In this document: piece after piece, positions 26,249-40,656 of the stretch
Layout: each line of letters opens with the position of its first letter
How positions within the stretch are numbered: position 1 is the stretch's first letter
DNA from: Octopus vulgaris
Taxonomy: Eukaryota
Direction: 5' to 3'
Length of the DNA: 64,000 bases
NCBI GenBank assembly: GCA_951406725.2
Contig: OX597816.1
Coordinates: 146,630,001-146,694,000, forward strand
The notes under the pieces: generated by a model
Databases searched by the model: none
Seen by the model: the letters and a program-made list of their open reading frames with translations, nothing else
Told to the model about the DNA's origin: nothing
Translations under genes and position numbers: made by a program

Positions 26249-26618
26249 TCAATATAGGGTGGCAAAAAATTTCGCAGAATTTTTTGCCACCAGCGGTCTA
26301 GTGGGAAAAAAATTAAATAGTCATAGACCATTTATAAATTCAACAGCAAAATCAAAATCAAGGAACGGCCATAATAGGCCATTCACCCACTAGAAATAAC
26401 AGCCAAGGCTTCAACCGAAAAACAACATTAATTCCGTAAACCAGGAGAAAATGAAAAATCATTTACCCTGTAATTCTTTATACGATGCACCGTTTCGTCT
26501 ATTGTTTAATGGTAAACTAACCTGATTAAATTAAATCAAGCTAGTCTTCCATAGGCCGATAGATTCATCAGTAAAGAACGGCCAGATCGGAGCAGATATT
26601 TACACGAGGCACTTTTGC
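26243..26618 (-). mobile_element. Penelope-like pLTR-type element between (TA)n tracts, carries the hammerhead
   Basis: Non-coding, TA-flanked on both sides, hammerhead motif, 14-bp terminal hairpin at 26258-26291. Confidence 0.62.
26474..26578 (-). ncRNA. Type I hammerhead ribozyme motif with canonical core and long stem II
   Basis: Minus strand: TTCTTTA-CTGATGA-a-TCTAT...ATAGA-c-GAAA-CGGTGCATCG-TA^TAAAGAA; 7-bp stem I, near-palindromic stem III, GUA cleavage triplet. Confidence 0.8.
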
Positions 26619-26632
26619 TATATATATATATA

Positions 26633-26856
26633 TAATATAATTCGAGACAAAACCACTACTTTGCAAAACAAACAAGGAAAGACTTAATCAATACATAAAA
26701 ATTTTTAATATAAAGAAATAAACCGCCACTAAAATCGTTTCATGTCTTTATATTTATATTTCTTTATATTATATAATATTTTACTATAAAATTGGACTTA
26801 ATCCTAAATCGGATTTTTCCCTGTAAATTTGGATTTATTCCCTAATATTTATTATT
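26633..26856. mobile_element. Short TA-flanked Penelope-like end fragment with partial inversion
   Basis: (TA)n on both sides; inverted AATATAAAGAAATA/TATTTCTTTATATT; GAAACGA half-motif on minus; AGGG...AAAAATCCGA terminus like related elements. Confidence 0.45.
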
Positions 26857-26944
26857 ATATATATATATATATATATATAAATATATATGTATAGATATAC
26901 ATATGTATGTATACGACGAAAGCATAGGTATATACTTATATATA

Positions 26945-26979
<35 letters not shown>

Positions 26980-26980
<1 letters not shown>

Positions 26981-27165
26981 TTTGTGACTGATTGTCTCCC
27001 ACCACCGCTTCACAACGGTGTTGTTGCATTTCATCCCCGCAATAGAATAATTTCTAGACTTCATATACATAAACCTTGTGATAGATTTATTTCTTCGACT
27101 GAAAGTCCTTCAGCATGGCCACTGTCAAAACTGATGGAAACAAGATGTAAGATAAAAGATAAAAG
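26980..27165 (+). mobile_element. 3' half of the microsatellite-bearing SINE
   Basis: CACCGCTTCACAACGGTG...CAGCATGGCCAC...AAGATAAAAGATAAAAGA. Confidence 0.6.
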
Positions 27166-27174
27166 ATTTGTATG

Positions 27175-27247
<73 letters not shown>

Positions 27248-27258
27248 ATATATATATA

Positions 27259-27481
27259 CAGGTGATACAAAAAGGGACAACAAAACACCCAGATAGACGA
27301 TTCAAAGAAATCAAGGACGCGTTATTCGAAGCCCTCTATCCTCAGTCAAGCACTAGATTATCCTCGCAATTTCGGCTGACTATTCTTAAGATTGCTGTAA
27401 ACTAAGCTAAGAGCATTAGACTCCTTGTAAGAAAGCAGCGAATGTATACAAAAACAAGGACGGAAAAGACGGACAACGTTG

Positions 27482-27486
<5 letters not shown>
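27259..27486 (-). mobile_element. TA-flanked non-coding repeat fragment, probably a Penelope-like end
   Basis: (TA)n on both sides; minus-strand terminus TTTTGTTGT...CCTG(TA)n resembles the end of 20515-20683. Confidence 0.4.
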
Positions 27487-27778
<292 letters not shown>

Positions 27779-28748
27779 AGGCTTCGGTGCTCAGTTAACA
27801 GAGAGATCCATGCATTATACGGAAATGTAATGCGTTGTGTATTCCCTAGCTACATAACGTACTAGCAAGCTGCAGCCCCATGCGTTGTGCGACAAGTCAT
27901 GCCTCGTGTTCGCTAGCCGTTACTGTCTTTTAGGTCTCCAAAAGATGGACCACGTGGAAAGAAGATGCTAAATGGCATTTGCTCAAAATGAAATATGACT
28001 ATGCGTACTCTCATATATATATATACGTGTGTGCGCGTTGTGAACATTTACGCCCGTGTATGTTTGTGTATATTAGGTACAAATATAATACAATGCGACG
28101 TACATACAAACCACCTCACCTACAAGCTTTTAAGTAGAATATTTATGTTTGCCTAAATGTTTTACCAAACCGCTTTCCTGCGATGTTATTAAACGTGGCC
28201 GCTGGAATCTGCACTTTAATAAAATGAAAACAACATGGTAAAAATACTTCAAAGAAACTAGAAATACTAAAACGTAGGATAATTTTATAACTACCTTCTG
28301 AAAACTGAATTATATGTTTACTTTGAGCAAGACAAGTATATACATCATTATTGTATTGCATTATGTTATACCACTATCTCCGGTGTCATTTTACTTCAGA
28401 GGAAGTTATAAAATATCTGTGAGAAATATATTTCATCATAACTTATATTTTTTGCGTGTTCATCTAACGAAAAAAATGATAAAATTTTTTACAACGAATG
28501 AGATTTCTTTTTAATAGCGTATTATACTTTCATGGCAATTTTCTGATCGAGTTAAATTTTAATAAGCGGCAACAAAATGAACGTTTCGTTGATATATGTT
28601 AGTATTTCGTGGCTGGTTAATCGTTATAACTAAAGTACACGAGAAAATTTTAACTTATAATTTACAAAATAAATACTTGTTTTGACAAAACTGTTCTTAA
28701 TATACATATATATATATATATATATATAAATATACGTGCATATATTTA

Positions 28749-28836
<88 letters not shown>

Positions 28837-28887
28837 CATATGCATACATATGTGTGTTCGCGTATGTGTGTGTATGTATGTTATTAT

Positions 28888-29450
28888 TCAGTTTTATTTC
28901 AAGATTTCTAACCAAAAGTGAAAGGGCTGTTTTTTAACCTAGATCGAAGGCTCCTTCATTGGGATTTCAGCATCATGGACAGTATATTTTGCTTTATGTA
29001 TGTACTCTCATACATATAATTGTATACGTACACATATATACTTAAATGAACATTTTCTGGGAAGTTATGCAGATTTTTGCAGTTCCAGTGATGGATTAGG
29101 TCTGTACTCTTCGAATAAGTGCTCCCCTTTCTGGTTTTGAGGAGCATAATTTTTCAAGATTGGTATTTAGGCAGTATGTTTCACACCCCAGTGCCCCAAT
29201 AATTACAGGTATAAACCTAAATTTGTTACTTGATAGAGTAACTGCAAATTTCTCAATAATTCAGCGTGGGGATTTTCTGTTTCGAAGATCTTTAGCATTA
29301 TGTGAACATCTGCTGGGCAGCTGATTTTTCTCCTCTTTCCCAAATCCTCATGTCAAGTTTATTGTGTTTATATTTTATTGATATCTCTTTTTATGAGTGG
29401 CTATGGCTTCCACCATAGTGTGGATTCTTATTTCTTTGTCCTCGGGGTTT
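28888..29450 (-). mobile_element. Decayed restriction-like-endonuclease non-LTR 3' fragment (R4/Dong-like, different family)
   Basis: Minus-strand remnants KHNKLDMRIWE, ISCPADV, AELLRNLQLLY, FIPVIIGALG; ends at TAATAA. Confidence 0.72.
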
Positions 29451-31239
29451 GTACGTACGTATGTATGTATATATTTTATGTATGTACGTATTTATATATG
29501 TATGTATGTATGTTTGTATGCATGTGTATATGTATGTTTGTAGGTATATGAAGGCTTGTCTGTTTTAGTGCCACTTGAAGGTTTAGCCTATTTACATTCT
29601 TAGTTTTCACATTAATCTGTGGCGAAGGCAAATAGGTCAGGCGAAGGCAAATAGGATATGAGAACTATAACAAGGTAGTCTAACAGCTAAAATATTAGCT
29701 GTTGGATTCTCACTTATCGAAGTGAAAGGGATAGTACATTTTATATAGGTATGTGTATATTATATTATGTTATATCATATTATATTATGTTATATTATAT
29801 TATATTATATTATATTATATTATATCATACGCATTATTTCCTTAGGGCGTTTTGAAAAATGGCTGATATTCATTCTCTACATATACATCACCCATGCATT
29901 TGCAAATAGCATTTGGACTGTGTGTAATCTTAGAGCCTTCCTGCATCCTATTCATTTTTCGTTTGGCACTATGTTTAGAGTTACCCACATTTTTTTCCCG
30001 TTTCAAAATCATCGTCGGTGATTTTTAACTTATCTCCATGAATGAAAAATATATTTTCCTTTCAATTGAAAGTGTAACTTTCTCTATAAAACATCATTAA
30101 CTTTCTTGTCATAAGAAATAAAAGTATACAGAAAAAAAACTGCTGTAAATAGATCAGAATTTGCTGTGTTTTAATCATCGCCAGTAATATCGTAATTGGT
30201 AGTTAACTCTAAAAGTGACTTCCAACAAAACTTTCAATGCATTCAATTCAGTGAGATATACATTTTGGCCGGAGACAAAATATAAAACCACTTAACCAGA
30301 CGAAGAAGAAATCATTTTGTATGGCTTACATTCCATTTTTGTCTGTAAATATAATTACAGAAAACTCGGAGAGAGAGCGTAAGTCAATAGACAGGCTATT
30401 TGCTAGCATTTTCGATTAGAAACTTTCAGAGTTTATTGAAATCATTCACCTAACTTGAAAGTGATATTACATGAAGCTCCACAGGGTTCTAAATGCCGCA
30501 ATAAGTCTGTCTGTGCTGAAGATTCCATTCCTTTTTGAAGCCGTTTTACTTTTCTCCTTTTCTAATAACCGTAGGCAAGTCTATCGATTTCTCCATGTAC
30601 GACTTAGGTCAGATTTTGCAGGTGACTGTAGTTTGGAGACAGGAGGGCTGTACAAATTATTGAATACTGGGAGTGTGGTGGAGAGTTATAAGGCTAACAC
30701 TTGTAGCAGTGGTTGTTTAAATTTCAGTTCAGCCCTGTTCTATTAAGCCTAGAATCAATATCTACCGCATTTAAAGTGTTCATTTTATGACGAAGAATAC
30801 CTTAACAGGGGAAAGTTTAAAATTTAAGCATGTTTTCTATTTTAAGTATTAACAGCAGTGATCACCAGCAAGGATACAGGGTTTGCTCGTATGTAACATA
30901 TTTTTGTTAATTTGTTAGGTGCCCCAGTATTCAAAAGCAGACACTGGCACTTTCCCCACTTCAACCTGTAAAGTATCTAGGATGTGACTTCTGCAAAAGA
31001 TGAGGCATAAACTGACAAAGATTTGGAGTTCATTTCAACTGTTTACATTGGAACAACATGGAAAGAAACGCTAACAAACACTGCACGCTGTTCTGTCAAC
31101 GAATCCAAAATACAAGAAACAAATGCTTTCACTATAGCATCACACGCCGTTATTCATGAGCCCTAAACTATGGAATAAATATTAGCTACATTCAACTGTA
31201 TAATTCTAATGAATGGTTGTCAGAAATTGTATAAAACCG

Positions 31240-31557
31240 GCACTTTTTCAGTTACGACGACGGGGTTTTCATTTCACCTGATCAACGGGATAGCCTTCTC
31301 GTAAAATTAATCTGCAAGTGATTGAGCACTCCACAAACACGCATATACTTAACGTAGTTTTCAGAGATATTCAGCGTGGCATAGAACGTTACAAGGCCGG
31401 TCCTTTGAAATACAGGCACAACTCATTTGTGCCAGCTGAGTGGATTGGAGCAACGTGAAATAAAATGTCTTGCTCAATGAGACAACGCTCTGCCGGTAAT
31501 CGAACTCACGACTGTAAGGTCGTGAGATGATTACCCTAACCACTAAGCCACTTGGCG
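31240..31557 (-). mobile_element. tRNA-derived SINE (second family)
   Basis: Minus strand A-box TGGCTTAGTGG and B-box GAGTTCGATTACC, followed by non-tRNA body TTGAGCAAGACA. Confidence 0.75.
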
Positions 31558-31754
31558 ACTTGTAAAAGTTTTCATTTGTTCACACATTTGTACTTGTGGT
31601 GAGTGATTGGTAATCAGTTGGTCATAAATATAAGATGCTTCGAATGGGCTAACAAATTATATGTACCTATAGGGTAAGAAGATCAACGATAATAAGCCTG
31701 AGACAAAATATTGTAATTATGCGTAGTGGTTGAGAAATCACCAAGTTAGTCTGG

Positions 31755-31830
31755 ACACCTTTCATACTTCTCGGGGTCGATAAATTAAGTACCAGTTGAG
31801 TACAGAGGTTGATGTAATCAACATGCTTCT
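31755..31830 (+). mobile_element. Partial MetaSINE-like SINE
   Basis: CCTTTCATACTTCTCGGGGTCGATAAATTAAGTACCAGTT. Confidence 0.6.
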
Positions 31831-31941
31831 TCCCGCTTATATCAGAAAACATTATTTCTTAATGCTTTGATTAAACTCACACACACAAATAGTATATATA
31901 CAAATAGTATATGTATGTTTGTATATGTCTGTCTATCTATC

Positions 31942-32015
<74 letters not shown>

Positions 32016-32030
32016 CATATATAAATTTCA

Positions 32031-32376
32031 AATAATAAGGGTGAAAAATCGAGTATTAATTTGATAGATATCAATTTAAAACCAGTGGTATAGCATACAG
32101 AAAAATCTGAAGACTCAGAAAAATTATATTACACACATATAAGAGGGATGACCGCTAAGTGAACATCGACCACCTATGGTCTTCCACTAAGATAGAATGT
32201 TCTCAAGAAAATTTTAGCAAACGCCAGAACGTAAGCGAGCAAGACAAATGAAAAGATACAAAAGATTGCTAAAATTTTTTTTTATAACATTAACATTCCT
32301 TTCTTAGTGGTAAGACCATAGGGGGGCGACTTCTAGCATAAGGATGTCCACTTAGTAGTTATCCCTCTTATATGTA
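32031..32376. mobile_element. Microsatellite-flanked foldback element related to 6497-6876 (arms ~32136-32220 and ~32266-32374)
   Basis: CATATAAGAGGGAT/ATCCCTCTTATATG and CCTATGGTCTT.CCACTAAGA/TCTTAGTGGTAAGACCATAGG inverted pairs; shared AAAACCAGTGGT and CTAGCAT...GTCCACTT motifs. Confidence 0.72.
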
Positions 32377-32400
32377 TATCTACACATACACACTCACAAA

Positions 32401-32523
<123 letters not shown>

Positions 32524-32896
32524 GTAAAGAATATTATGAATTACTCGTCAGTTTCACTGCAGTTGTTCGATCAGCTATCAGCTTACTCGTGGCTGTGTAT
32601 TCTGTAGACGCATAAAGCATTTTTATTTTTTCAGGTTGAATCTGTCTGACAAAATGTGTGAACGTTTGTTCATCAAATTATAGGTAAAACCCAACCGAAG
32701 GGCCTTTTGGAATTTTGTTGTTAATTATACTTTTATAATAAAGGGATTTATATTACTTATACATATATAAATCAACTTTCGTTTCCACAAATAAACAGCA
32801 AATATATACGATACTCACTCTCCATCAGGAATCCGTACACAACAATGAGAAAATCTTTCTCTGCTAAGCAACTGTTTCATTCAAGCGAATAGTCCA

Positions 32897-33299
32897 TAAT
32901 ATTCTTTTCTACTGTAGGCACAAAGCCCGAAAATTTGGGGCAGGGGACGAGTTGATTAGATAGATCCTAGTACACAACTGGTACTTAATTTATCGACCCC
33001 GAAAGAATGAAAGGCAAAGTCGACCTCGGCGGAATTTGAACTCAGAACGTAACAGCAGACAAAATACCTATTTCTTTACTACCCACGAGGGGCTAAACAC
33101 AGAGAGGACAAACAAGGACAGACAAACGGATTAAGTCGATTACATGGACCCCAGTGAATAACTGGTATTTAATTTATCGACCCCGAAAGAAGGAAAGTTA
33201 AAGTCGACCTCGGCGGAATTTGAACTCAGAACGTAACGTCAGACGAAATACCGCTAAGTATTTCGCCGGCGTGCTAACGATTCTGCCAGCTCGCCGCCT
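32897..33299 (-). mobile_element. Same SINE family with internally duplicated body (dimeric copy)
   Basis: Two copies of AAAGTCGACCTCGGCGGAATTTGAACTCAGAACGTAAC and one head; TCCATAAT on both flanks. Confidence 0.85.
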
Positions 33300-34072
33300 T
33301 GCGGAATCCATAATGTTGAAGTACAAGTGAGGTTGTGCTAGTGAGTGTTGCGTGTGTTTGATGTGTTTCTTTGGATGTGCATATCTTTGTGTATGTGCGT
33401 GTATGTGTTTGAGTATATATGTGGCGTTAGAGTGTGAGTGCTTGTAAATGTCTTAAATATGTCTGTATATGTTTGTGCGTAAATGTGTATACGTGTCTAT
33501 GTTTGTATGTGTATGTGTGTGTGCGCGTCTGTGAATGTGTGCTTGCTATTGATTCGGATGCAATATACCAATGAAATATCGTCTGCAAAGGCAATGGCTA
33601 TAGAATTATTTGATTTGAGGAGACGCTGATAATTATAATCTTCAAAGGTGAAAATACGACAGGAAGTTAGGTTGTGAAACAGCTTTCAGACCATACAGCG
33701 AAGGAAAACTGCTGTCTATATCTAATGGTCGTTTTACATGACTTACGGTATTAGTGGGATGGGACGTATGTGAGTATGTATATATATGTAAGTAGGTATA
33801 TATGGATATGTATGTAGGGGAGGAGTGCGTGTGTGTACGTGAGTGCTCATGCCGGGGAACGTTTCCGAATGCCAATTTAATATATATATGGATATGTGTG
33901 TATCGGAGTTATACGAGAACATTCTACTGTCTGTGTGAGATATTCTGTAATAATTCACATGTAAGTGTGCGTGTGTGTGTGTCCGTATGAGTATGTGCGT
34001 GTGTGCCTGTAAGTGTGTGTGTATGTGTGTATACATACGTATACACACATATGTATATATGTGTATGCCTAC

Positions 34073-34104
<32 letters not shown>

Positions 34105-34305
34105 ATATATGTATATGAATATGAATATATATATATATTCATTTTATATATATGCATATATTCATATATATATGAATACACACACACACATATATATATA
34201 TATATACACACACAAAAATTATTCATAAATGCAGTCAAGTATGTTAACTATCAAATTTATCTGTACGTCCCAAAATAAATACATAACTACAAGCATATAT
34301 ATATA

Positions 34306-34341
<36 letters not shown>

Positions 34342-34392
34342 TATATATATACACATCTATATATACATACATATATATATATACATACATAC

Positions 34393-34428
<36 letters not shown>

Positions 34429-35617
34429 CTTATAATATACGTATATTCATATATACATAATGCATACAAACATACATACAAGCTTGTGAGACACTTGATG
34501 AGAGCTCGCGTGTTAAAACTAATCTCGCTGTGTATTGGGAGGTTCATTACGCCAATAATAATAACACACCTACTGCTTTATTACCGCTTTTTTATTGTTA
34601 GACAAGTGGTTAAATATCTAACCAAATCAATTAATCGGTTCTCTGTTTAATATGCTTGCTAAAAGCACCCTCACACACACGCACATATTTATATCTCCAG
34701 GACTGTATACGCATATGTGTACGTGTTACTGAATGTATGAGACTCCTAGTTGTGAACCTCTATTATATTTAACAGACTGATATGTACACACACTATCATT
34801 TTATCATGAATGAAATAGCAAGATGTCTTAAAATTGTCAGTTACCTAAGCTTCTTAACATTTTTGGAATAAATTCTTTATCGTTTTGGCTCTGACATTTA
34901 AAGCTGTAATTTCAAATACCGTATCATTTTGAGACCGGTTACAATATGGGTATCACTCGTGGGAGGAGAGATAGCAGATATCTTTGGGTTCAAAAGAAAT
35001 GTCCTTCTCATTCTATCAGCAATGTTAGTAACGACTGTAGTGACGAGCTGCAAAGCCTTCAAAATGTGGCTTAGTTCTTGGACAGCATCAGTGAGGCTGG
35101 AGGGTTTTTTCTTGAGCAGGCTGGCAACTCTTTATGTCTAGAAAGACATCATTTCATTAGACGGAGAAGTAGATCGATATTTAGGCTTAACTAACAGAGA
35201 CAAGATGACTATATACACCTCCTCACGCCCCATATATATATATATATTGAGAGAGAGAGAGAGAGAAAGAGATAGATAGACAGATGGATAGACAGATAGA
35301 TAGATAGATAGATATATAGATAGATAGACAGACAGACAGATAGATAGGCAGGATATATATACGTATAGTAAATATATGTATATATGGCAAGGGTATCCGT
35401 TTCAGGCCTATACCCAAATATGTGTGTGTGAGAGAGTGTGTGTATGCGTGTGTATGTGTGCGTGTTCGTATAGATACCACAGGAGACAGATGCACAATGG
35501 CGAACGGGAAGTGTGCATATGTGTGTTGCATATGTGTCTCCAAATAGTTATCATCGGAAGCCAAGGTATTTCACTAGTTCGAAATAATGGTTAGCGTGAT
35601 ATAGGCAGGCCTGTCAC

Positions 35618-35959
<342 letters not shown>

Positions 35960-38344
35960 ATGATATTTTAACATCAATACTAGAACAAAAATGCGTATTT
36001 GTATATAAAATGGGCATTGAAGATGGAAGCCAAGTACATTCAAACATAGATATCAGAATCGATTTACTGTCCTGAACAAAACCTTGGCATTCAAAGTCTA
36101 TTTCAATAAATAGTGCAAATGTCTGTTTTACCAATTGAAACTGCTTCTCGTATAATTCATCTGAGTTAACTTAATTTACGATATTCATTCATTCTACGGT
36201 ATTGAAGAACTGTGCCATTTATTTGTTACATTAACGGTTTATTTTTGTTTTTATTCTCTAATAATGTTTTTCGTTTTTGTGTTTTTTTATTCGGTGTTGC
36301 TTTATGTACATAAGAATTTTGCGGTGGCTGTCCATCCAACAGTGAAATATATGTTTATACGGGAGTTGTGCGTATTCAAACCAATACTCTTATACGTTAT
36401 ACATTTGGACACACTAGCAGACAAACACACACACAGACTAACACACACACATGCACACACACACACAGGCAAACACACACACACTCACTCACGCACACAC
36501 GGACCTACACACAAGAACACAAACACTAAAAATGTATATATATATATATATATGTAATTAAACAGATATATAAATGTCAAGTATGTGTGTACGTGTATAT
36601 ACATTGCTTACCAAAATACACACACACATACATATATATATATACATATGTATGTATTGTATGTATATATGTATGTACGTATGTCCAACTCGGTTCGTTC
36701 GTTATACTCCTGTGTTGATTGCAATTTCCCTAAACACAGAAAACTTAAAATCACGTACACACAGACACACACACGTGTGTGTGTATGTGCGTTTGCGTGT
36801 GGTTGTGTATGTGTGTGTGTGTGTGTACATGCTCATATAGGTAAAACAGCCGTCGAATACCAAAGGTACATACAATAACATAATGCTCCATTTAGATAAA
36901 TAGACTTCAGAAAAAGTTACCCAGACATGCACATTAACGATTGTCAGGTACCTGGAAATATCTTGAAAGATACCATGTCTTATATATGGTCTAATGCGGT
37001 GTAATGATAATTACTTAGTTACTCATCAAGCATACATTTAAACATACCACGTTACTACTTTTGATTATAAAAGGAAACTATTGGTTGAAACCGATTGACA
37101 TTTACAGAAGTATTTAAAAAGGTCAGTCGAAACTGAATGGAAAACTAAAATATAAAAAGTTCTTATATATGTTGAAATATATACATATATAACAGATACA
37201 GTGAAGGAAATGATGATAAGTTTTTTAAAAATTATTGTTAAACGAAAACAATTAAAATGAAAAATTACCACAAAGCCAAAAGTGTAAAGCAAAGAAGTAA
37301 TTCAAAAGTACATAAGTATATAAGCTCGCTATAAAGAAGGACGATTTGCAGGCAAAGTCGAAATGGAACTCACAGAAGAATATCTGAAAGAGAGAAAATA
37401 GCAGAAGTTAGAAGGAATATGTTAAAGGATAGGAAAAGAAAAGGATGTGCAGGATAAGCAAAAGAATACTGAAATTGACAAATTGTATCAAATATGGAGA
37501 AATACCAAGTGCAATTCATGAGGGAGCTTTAAGCGATTAGAAAACATGTACAAGATAGAGAAATTAGATAAAGTGGTATTATTAGTGAAGGGTACAAAGA
37601 AGGCAAAAAATAAAGAAATACGGGAATAATATTATAGTGGAAACGTCCATCAAACTAAAAAGGACGAAATTCAATTTCGCCAAAAATGTAAAGACTTCGA
37701 GAAGATATTCATGGAAATGTATGAAAAAGTCGATCCAATTAATTCCGTGAAGGAGTAACAATTTTTAAAAAATTGTGTAATAAAAGGAATAATAAAAGAC
37801 GTGTCTATAACCTATACTTTGATCGATAAATGTTCATACTGAAAAATGAAATCATATATCTCTCATGAAATTATATAAATATCGAATAGGACAATTGAAA
37901 TTCAGGATTACAAAAATATACTAAAATACATCTATCATATTCGAAGTCATGATAAAAACAATAAAGTCTATGCGGTATTGGGAAGCTGCAATATTAATAT
38001 ATTAATCTTTCCGTGGCAGAAATCAGAATCAGACACTACGAAGAGTGCCTGCCACAGTTCAATAGTTTAGATTTACGGTTCGAGGACGAATTGTCATGAA
38101 ATAGGGCAAAATATTTTTCATCTAAGCATGACTGACATTTTATAGAATTTCGGTAGGACACATACCTGTCTAGGCTTGCTCTTTCTCAGACAGACTCTCG
38201 ATTTTGGAACATATGGAAACAGATCCTTTTAAATGGCATAGTTATTTTTATAAAATCATTAATGTTCTACTTTCTCGATAATTAACTGAATGTTCGTGTC
38301 TATATATATATGTATATATATATACAACAGAATGTATTGACTAG

Positions 38345-40030
38345 CCATTGGCGAAAAAGATGTCCTACTAGCCATAGATGAAGTGGACACAAACTCAACT
38401 GCTGGTCCAGATGGTTTCCCAGCAATCCTCCTCAAAGCGTGTAAGCATGCCCTGGCAAAACCCCTCAAGATTCTCTTCCAGAGCTTTCTTGCGAATGGCA
38501 AACTGCCAAGCAAGCTGAAGGAGGGAATAATATGCCCAATACATAAAGGGGGAAGTAGAGCAGATGCCAAAAACTATCTCTCTGACTTCACACATCAGCA
38601 AAGTCATGGAACGGATAGTCAGAAAGAAACTAATCGCATTCCTTGAGGAAAATAACTTGCTGAGTGATACCCAGCATGGTTTTCGACCAAGTAGGAGCTG
38701 CCTGACCCAGCTCTTACAACATTATGACTGGGTGTTGAGGCAGTTACTCTAAAACAAATGTGGACGTAATCTACCTTGATTTTGCAAAAGCTTTTGACAA
38801 GGTGGATCATGGTATGATATGCCACAAACTGCGTGACCTCGGCATAGCTGGAAAACTTGGAGTGTGGTTACATGACTTCCTGTAAGATAGGAGTCAGGCA
38901 GTAGTGGTTAATGGAGCCACCTCTATGAACACACAAATAGTGAGTGGTGTTTCACAGGGCACTGTCTTGGGACCACTACTTTTTATAGTGGCCCTCTCAG
39001 ATATGCCCTCAAATGCCCGGATAGCCACTCTGGCAAGCTATGCAGACGATACGAAAGTCTCGCAGAAAATACAGAACCCCAGCCATGTTGCACACACCTG
39101 CAGCAGGAGTTGGACTCAATGTACAGATGGGCTGAGGATAATAATATGCAGTTTAATGCTGAAAAATTCCAGGCCCTGCGCTACCAGCATCCAAAACTGA
39201 ATATTAAACTTATAGGATACACCGGTCCACAGGGAATTTCAATCCCAGAGCCTAAGTCTGTGAGGGACCTGGGTATCGACATGAGTGATGATACCTATTT
39301 CCAAGTGCACATTACCAGGATGGCGACAAAGTGCAGACAACTGGCTGGCTGGATCCTAAGAACATTCAGAACCAGAGATAAGGAAACCATGATGGTCCTC
39401 TGGCGGACATTCGTCCTCAGCCGCCTGGATTACTGCTCACAGCTATGGTCACCCACCAGTGTGAAATTAACAGCGGACCTTGAAGCAATCCAGAGAAGAT
39501 TCACAAAGAAGATCGTCTCTTTGTAACAGTTCAGCTACTGGGAAAGGTTGAAACAGCTAAGACTCTACTCCCTGGAGAGAAGACGGGAAAGGTATGCAGT
39601 AATATATGTCTGGAAGATCCTAGAAGGAATTGTGCCACATTTTGGCATTGTAAGCTACACCAATGCTAGAACGGGACGACACTGCATAGTGCCAAAGATC
39701 CCAGCAATGCCATCAGGCTTCAGGACCAGCTTCTGCAACAGCCTGGGTTTCAAGGGCCCACAGCTTTTTAATATTCTCCCAAAGAGTCTGAGGAACTTGC
39801 ACAAAGTAGATGTAGCGGTTTTTAAATCAAAGCTGGACATCTCCCTGTCGAGAGTCCCAGATGAACCTACCTCACGGCAAGAGGTGCAAATGAGAGTAAC
39901 TATGTCAAACTCCATTCTTCACCAAGTGCCACATATTAGAGGAGGTTCTTCGTAATAACAGCGTAACACAAAACGGCGGTGCATTAGCGTGGCCACAGCT
40001 CTGAGCTGAAACAAGCAAAGAAAAAAAAAA
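38345..40030 (+). mobile_element. 5'-truncated, frameshifted copy of a related CR1/L2-group LINE subfamily (RT to 3' end)
   Basis: ORF fragments 38383-39955 are colinear with ORF2 (GPDGFPAILLK, QHGFR, LDFAKAFD, YADD, YSLERRRERY, VPDEPTSRQEVQMR) with frameshifts and stops; same 3' stem-loop then A-rich tail. Confidence 0.93.
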
Positions 40031-40044
40031 TATATATATATATG

Positions 40045-40250
40045 TGTGTGTGTTTTCTCTGTGTGTCATAGCTCGTCTTCATCACCGCTTGACAACCGTC
40101 ACCGTAACTTACCAGGTTGCAGAAAGATACCGATAGAATATGCACAAAACATTGAAAAATGAATACTGGGGCCAAATAATTCGATAAAAATTCTTCAAAG
40201 CGTTACCCCATCATGCCGTCGGTGTAATGACTGAAAGAAGTAACACATTA
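40045..40250 (+). mobile_element. 3' half of the microsatellite-bearing SINE
   Basis: CACCGCTTGACAACCG...CCGATAGAATA...TACTGGGG...AATGACTGAAA. Confidence 0.65.
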
Positions 40251-40434
40251 AACAAGTTTAACAGCTAAGATAGAACGTATTGAAAATTCTCCTGGGTCTT
40301 GAAAACTGGAAAGTCTTTCTAAATTTATATATTTTATTTCCTGATATGAGACTGTCGCAGGGCAAAACAGATACCGTACTTTGTCCTGCTGTACTTACAT
40401 ATGCACACGCGCGTAAATAAATATTATATATATT

Positions 40435-40656
<222 letters not shown>

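Noticed and set aside
26498-26563. SECIS element within hammerhead stem II
   Set aside because: No AUGA/GA quartet in the proper register
27310-27350. CTGAGGA hammerhead core on minus
   Set aside because: Followed by GAAT rather than GAAA and stem I cannot pair
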